Origin: Flavobacteriaceae bacterium
GTDB taxonomy: Bacteria > Bacteroidota > Bacteroidia > Flavobacteriales > Flavobacteriaceae
NCBI GenBank assembly: GCA_027080135.1
Contig: JALWUJ010000039.1
Location: 4,561-68,560, forward strand
Direction: 5' to 3'
Length of the DNA stretch: 64,000 bases
Shown here piece by piece: positions 59,551-64,000 of the stretch; position 1 is the stretch's first letter, and the number at the start of each line of letters is the position of its first letter. The position numbers and the translations under genes are program-made. The notes under the pieces were generated by a model, which was not told where the DNA came from, made no database searches, and saw only the letters and a program-made list of their open reading frames with translations.

Positions 59551-60684
59551 ATGAGAAGATTTTCCCTTATTCTTCTGCTGTTTTTCTCTATTGTTTTTTC
59601 TCAAGAAAGCAGTCAGAAAATCGACAGCTTAAAAAAGGTGCTTAAAAAATCTATTCCTCCCGAGGGAAAAGCATCCACCTACAATCGATTGTCATATGAG
59701 TATTTAGTTTCAAAAAAAAGTTTTGACAGTGCCTATTACTATGCAGATATCGGTTACAATTATGCAGTAAAAGAAAATTTAAAACGCAAACAAGTTGATT
59801 TGTTATTTAGCAAAGCCGCCATTTATTATAATGTTGGGAATTACGACAAATCATTAAAAAATTATTTGGTCGCATTGCAAATTGCTGAAGAAGAAAATTA
59901 TACATCTATTATTCCTGCTATCACTAACAATATAGGTGATCTTTATATGATTAAAAAGGATTATAAAAATGCTGAAAAATTATTTAACAAATGTTTGAAA
60001 GTGGCTCAAATTAATAAAATAAATAATTTAGAAGCCATGGAATATATTAATTTAGGAGAAATATATTACTATACTGAACAATATGAAAAATCATTGAAAT
60101 TTGTTAATATAGGGATTGAAAAATATGAAACCATAGGAGATACACTTCCACTAAATTATTACACTCAAGCTAGAACATTATTAGCTTTGAATGAATTTGA
60201 AAAAGCCAAAAGCAGCTCATTAATTGGTATAAAAAAAGCGATTGAAAAAAACAATGCAGAATATATTTACAAACATTCTTTGTTATTATCCGAAATATTT
60301 TCAGAATTTAAAAACTACAAAAAAGCTTTGTTTTATAAAGATCAAGCTTTAAAGTATAAGGACAGTATTAATTTAAAAAGTGAATTTGATAAAATTGAAA
60401 AACTTAAATTAAATTTTAAAGTTGAAGAACAAGCTGCATCTATTGAAAATATAAAACAGAAAAATAGATTTTTAAAAACCATTTATATTTTAATTGGAAT
60501 AGGAGTTTTACTTATTATATTAATTATTTTTAGACAACTAAAAATAGTTAGAATGACTAAAACCATTCATGACATTCAGTATTCATTAATTAAACATGAA
60601 CTTGATAAGAAAAAAGAAAACTCAATAAAAGATAAAAACTCTTTTGATGCAGCAAAGGAAGGTGATAACGAATTAAAAGAATAA
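59551..60684 (+). CDS. TPR sensor-like membrane protein with no cytoplasmic output domain
   Basis: Signal peptide, IDSL, TPRs, coiled coil, one TM helix and a tail of about 50 aa. Confidence 0.7.
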   Translation: MRRFSLILLLFFSIVFSQESSQKIDSLKKVLKKSIPPEGKASTYNRLSYEYLVSKKSFDSAYYYADIGYNYAVKENLKRKQVDLLFSKAAIYYNVGNYDKSLKNYLVALQIAEEENYTSIIPAITNNIGDLYMIKKDYKNAEKLFNKCLKVAQINKINNLEAMEYINLGEIYYYTEQYEKSLKFVNIGIEKYETIGDTLPLNYYTQARTLLALNEFEKAKSSSLIGIKKAIEKNNAEYIYKHSLLLSEIFSEFKNYKKALFYKDQALKYKDSINLKSEFDKIEKLKLNFKVEEQAASIENIKQKNRFLKTIYILIGIGVLLIILIIFRQLKIVRMTKTIHDIQYSLIKHELDKKKENSIKDKNSFDAAKEGDNELKE

Positions 60685-61566
60685 TGCCCATAACAGCGAA
60701 ATTAAAAAAGTACTCAATGCCACTTTTTTAAGCTCACTATCTAATAATCGTGCTTCTTTATTCTTGAAAACTATCCACATATTTAAAAATAAAGGAACAA
60801 ATGCAACCAAATAAATAAATTGTATTGGAGAAGTAAAATGAAGACAAGTAAAAGTAACTAACAATACCATTGCTCCTATAATTAAAAAATAATGATACAT
60901 TTTCGCTTTTGAACTCCCTATTTTAACTACTAGAGTACGTTTATTATTCTTCTCATCGTTTTCTATATCTCTCATATTATTCAAATTTAGCACTGCCATA
61001 CTTAGCAGTCCTATGGAAGAAGCAGGAAGTAGTAATTCCCATTTTAAATGATGAGCAAATAAATAATAACTTCCAAGAACACTTAACAATCCAAAAAACA
61101 TGAATACAAATAAATCACCCAGTCCTGAATAACCATAGGCATTCTTTCCGACAGTGTATTTTACAGCGGCAATAATAGAAGCCAATCCAAGAATAAAAAA
61201 CAATAATGAATGTAGAAAATCTTCACTTCCGAAGGCTTCATAAATTAAAGTAACAGCAACCAATAAAGTAATAACAATGGTTTTTAGCATTACGGTTTTC
61301 ATTTGCTTTGGTGTAATAATTCCAGAAGCAACTAGGCGTTGTTCTCCCTCCCTATCATCATCAGTTCCTTTTATTCCATCGCCATAATCGTTGGCAAAAT
61401 TAGATAATACTTGAAACCCAATGGTTGTTAAAATTGACAACCAAAATATAGGAGAAAGCCATAATGGATTTTTACTACCCAAAGAAGACCCTACAATAAT
61501 TCCTGAAACAGATAAAGGTAACGTTCGCAAACGAGCAGCAGAAACCCAAGCTTTTAATTCTGACAT
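60673..61566 (-). CDS. menA: 1,4-dihydroxy-2-naphthoate prenyltransferase
   Basis: ARLRTLPLS, NFANDYGD..KGTD and LNNMRD..ND....KRTL. Confidence 0.93.
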   Translation of the reverse strand: MSELKAWVSAARLRTLPLSVSGIIVGSSLGSKNPLWLSPIFWLSILTTIGFQVLSNFANDYGDGIKGTDDDREGEQRLVASGIITPKQMKTVMLKTIVITLLVAVTLIYEAFGSEDFLHSLLFFILGLASIIAAVKYTVGKNAYGYSGLGDLFVFMFFGLLSVLGSYYLFAHHLKWELLLPASSIGLLSMAVLNLNNMRDIENDEKNNKRTLVVKIGSSKAKMYHYFLIIGAMVLLVTFTCLHFTSPIQFIYLVAFVPLFLNMWIVFKNKEARLLDSELKKVALSTFLISLLWALFF

Positions 61567-61640
61567 TAAAAAAAAGTTTCCACAAAAATAGGGTTTCTAA
61601 AATTATTTTGTATTTTTAAAATCCCTCAAATTTTAAAAAT

Positions 61641-62018
61641 ATGAGCACATTTAACAAAAACGATTTAGGTTTATTGGTATTACGAGTTGGTTTTTCTGTT
61701 TTTTTGCTTCTACACGGAATTGAAAAAATAGAAATTCTAATGGACAACGGAGGAAAATTTCCAAACCCTATTGGTTTAGGTTCTACTTTATCTTTAGTTC
61801 TTGTATTATTTGCCGAGGTAATTTGTACTATATTTATAATATTAGGATTTAAAGTCCGTTGGGCAAGCATCCCTCCTATTATTATGATGCTGGTCGCCGT
61901 TTTTGTAGTGCATTATGGTAACTCTATAATGGAACGAGAATTGGCTGTTCTTTATTTGGTCGCTTTTTCGGCAATTGGAATTTTAGGAGGCGGTAGATAT
62001 GCGGTTACAAATAGTTAA
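61641..62018 (+). CDS. DoxX family membrane protein
   Basis: LLVLR....HG..K, E...I.G...R.A and G.GRY. Confidence 0.85.
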   Translation: MSTFNKNDLGLLVLRVGFSVFLLLHGIEKIEILMDNGGKFPNPIGLGSTLSLVLVLFAEVICTIFIILGFKVRWASIPPIIMMLVAVFVVHYGNSIMERELAVLYLVAFSAIGILGGGRYAVTNS

Positions 62019-63016
62019 TTTATCACCTTCACCAACAACTCTTTCAACAAATCTGCTTGTGTTAAATTAGCTCCTACTCCTTTGCTTTTAACGTCTATTT
62101 CTCTAATGGAAGCAATAACTTGGCTTATTCTTCGCATAGGATAATTTCTAGCGGCAATATCATAATCTTTTATAAAAAATGGATGTACTCCTAATACTTT
62201 TGGTGCGTTTGATTTATTTGGTATGGTATGATATTTCATCACTTTAGTAAAAAACCCAAACAAGGTTGAAACCGTAACTATCGTTGGATGATGTTTTGGA
62301 TTGTGAGCAAAATACTGAATAATACCAAATGCTTTTTTTAGGTTTCTATGAGCAATGGCGTTTAACAATTCAAAATTGTTATAATCTTTACTAATTCCAA
62401 TATTTTCTTCGATGGTTTGTGCTGAAATCTGCTCATTGGGTTTAACAATAAGTTGTAATTTGTTAAGCTCGTTATTTATTTTTCCTAAATCATTTCCTAA
62501 AAATTCCACCAACATTTGCGATGCCTTGGGTGAAATAGAGTAACCCTTTCCAGACAACACTCTTCTAATCCAATTGGGAACTTGGTTATCGTATAATTTT
62601 TTACTCTCAAAAATAACTCCGTTTTTAGCAATGCTTTTATAGATTTTTTTTCGCTTATCGAGATTTTTGTATTTATAGCAAATTACCAAAACCGTTGTAG
62701 GTTGAGGATTTTCGGCATAGCTTGTTAAATTATCTATGGTTTTTGCTAAATCTTGTGCTTCTTTCACAATCACTACCTGCCGTTCTGCCATCATCGGAAA
62801 TCGTTTGGCAGTACTTACTATATCTTCAATTTCAACGTCACGACCATAAAAGACTGTTTGATTGAAGCCTTTTTCTTCTTCCGAAAGTACATGCTCCTCA
62901 ATAAAATCTGAAAGAGCATCAATATAATAAGCTTCTTCACCCATTAAAAAATAGATGGGTTTGAAGTTTCCTTTTTTAATGTCGGCAACAATATGTTTTA
63001 CTTTTTCTAAAGACAC
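62015..63016 (-). CDS. holA: DNA polymerase III delta subunit
   Basis: PIYFLMGEE.Y, FN...FYG, RFPMMA and NEL.KL; GTG start. Confidence 0.92.
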   Translation of the reverse strand: MSLEKVKHIVADIKKGNFKPIYFLMGEEAYYIDALSDFIEEHVLSEEEKGFNQTVFYGRDVEIEDIVSTAKRFPMMAERQVVIVKEAQDLAKTIDNLTSYAENPQPTTVLVICYKYKNLDKRKKIYKSIAKNGVIFESKKLYDNQVPNWIRRVLSGKGYSISPKASQMLVEFLGNDLGKINNELNKLQLIVKPNEQISAQTIEENIGISKDYNNFELLNAIAHRNLKKAFGIIQYFAHNPKHHPTIVTVSTLFGFFTKVMKYHTIPNKSNAPKVLGVHPFFIKDYDIAARNYPMRRISQVIASIREIDVKSKGVGANLTQADLLKELLVKVIN

Positions 63017-63078
63017 AAAAAATAGGGATTATTACAATTTATTATTATTTATTTTTCTGAAATAAAGTATCTTGCAAT

Positions 63079-63525
63079 GTGCAAAATCTCAACTTCCCGA
63101 AATATAATTTCCGTTTCAAAAGTAACGAAAATAAAGCGTTGATTTTTGATATTATCAGAAAAAAATTTGTGGTATTAACTCCCGAAGAATGGGTGCGACA
63201 GCATGTACTTCAGTTTTTAATTTCTGAAAAGAATTATCCCATTTCACATATCAATGTCGAAAAACAATTGCAACTTCATAAAACCATTAAACGCTATGAT
63301 ATTGTTGTATATAACTCCAACGGAAGTATTAAAATTATCGTGGAATGTAAAGCACCAAAAATTAAAATTAACCAACAAACTTTCGACCAAATTGCTCGGT
63401 ACAATTTTGTTTTAGATGCCGAATATTTAATGGTGAGCAATGGTTTGGAACATTATTTTTGTCTGATGGATTTTAAAAACGAGAAATATATTTTTCTAAA
63501 GGATATTCCTTCCTATCAACTTTAA
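63079..63525 (+). CDS. HsdR N-terminal-like PD-(D/E)XK domain protein
   Basis: TPEEWVRQ, RYDIV, VECKA, Q..RY and SNG. Confidence 0.85.
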   Translation: MQNLNFPKYNFRFKSNENKALIFDIIRKKFVVLTPEEWVRQHVLQFLISEKNYPISHINVEKQLQLHKTIKRYDIVVYNSNGSIKIIVECKAPKIKINQQTFDQIARYNFVLDAEYLMVSNGLEHYFCLMDFKNEKYIFLKDIPSYQL

Positions 63526-63570
63526 TAAATAATCTTTGAGAACGAATAATAAAGACCTTACTTTGCAAAT

Positions 63571-64000
63571 ATGAATGTAGCCGTTGTGATACTTAATTGG
63601 AATGGACAAAAATTGTTAGAGCAGTTTTTACCTTCTGTTATAAAATTTTCAGAAAATGAAGCTACTATTTATGTTGCTGACAATGCTTCAACAGATGATT
63701 CAGTGAAGTTTGTACAGCAACAATTTCCTGCGGTAAAAATTATTCGGAATAAAGAAAATGGGGGTTATGCAAAAGGCTATAACAATGCTTTAAAAAACCT
63801 TTCGGAAGATATTTTTGTTCTTTTAAATAGCGATGTAGAAGTTACTGAAAACTGGCTCACTACAATTATTTCAGAATTTAATAAAGATGAAAAGTTAGTT
63901 GCAGCACAACCCAAAATATTAGATTTTAAAAACAAAGAATATTTTGAATATGCGGGAGCGGCTGGCGGATTTATAGATAAATTTGGTTACCCTTTTTGTA
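63571..64000 (+). CDS. GT2 glycosyltransferase (truncated by the window end)
   Basis: MNVAVVILNWNG, VADNASTD, N.GYA.GYN and LLNSD; not in the ORF track because it is partial. Confidence 0.85.
   Translation, partial: MNVAVVILNWNGQKLLEQFLPSVIKFSENEATIYVADNASTDDSVKFVQQQFPAVKIIRNKENGGYAKGYNNALKNLSEDIFVLLNSDVEVTENWLTTIISEFNKDEKLVAAQPKILDFKNKEYFEYAGAAGGFIDKFGYPFC

Noticed and set aside
865-61870. Many short ORF-track entries antisense to, or nested in, long genes (e.g. 865-1146, 4054-4389, 11652-12047, 33636-34247, 54081-54443)
   Set aside because: They are shadow frames of well-supported genes and show no motifs of their own.
63079-63525. Type I restriction-modification system
   Set aside because: Lone HsdR-N-like domain with no helicase, hsdM or hsdS; it sits in a housekeeping context next to holA.

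Overview
AT-rich Flavobacteriaceae-type (Bacteroidota) chromosomal segment; this assignment rests on the gene repertoire and on TAnnTTTG -7 promoter boxes. About 34 kb (2.5-36.4 kb) next to the 3' end of tRNA-Ser(TGA) is a metal/metalloid cluster with no visible integrase: a Cus/CopA copper operon, an ars operon, CzcA-TolC/CzcB/Fur and a ZntA-type ATPase. Two uncharacterised units sit inside it. (i) A cytochrome c - porin - cytochrome c lipoprotein operon. (ii) A six-gene operon encoding a PqqD/RRE protein, an ATP-grasp ligase, a fold-III PLP decarboxylase whose N-terminus resembles an RRE-binding leader, a urea-transporter-M23 peptidase fusion, a TPR/beta-barrel protein and a TPR protein; a 21-bp-period AraC-type direct repeat precedes it. 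This operon is the best candidate for an undescribed system. Three operons begin with small Cys-rich genes ending in a Pro-Pro motif, possibly metal-sensing leader peptides. The right half is mostly housekeeping (bshB1, hutI, ftcD, ettA, menA/C/E, holA). It also holds a ParDE pair, a trans-sulfuration gene broken by an in-frame TAG, a duplicated tRNA-His 3' end, and a small GIY-YIG gene bracketed by REPIN-like doublets of a dispersed palindrome family. One palindrome copy lies in frame inside copA. All product calls come from motif recognition by eye, not from database searches.
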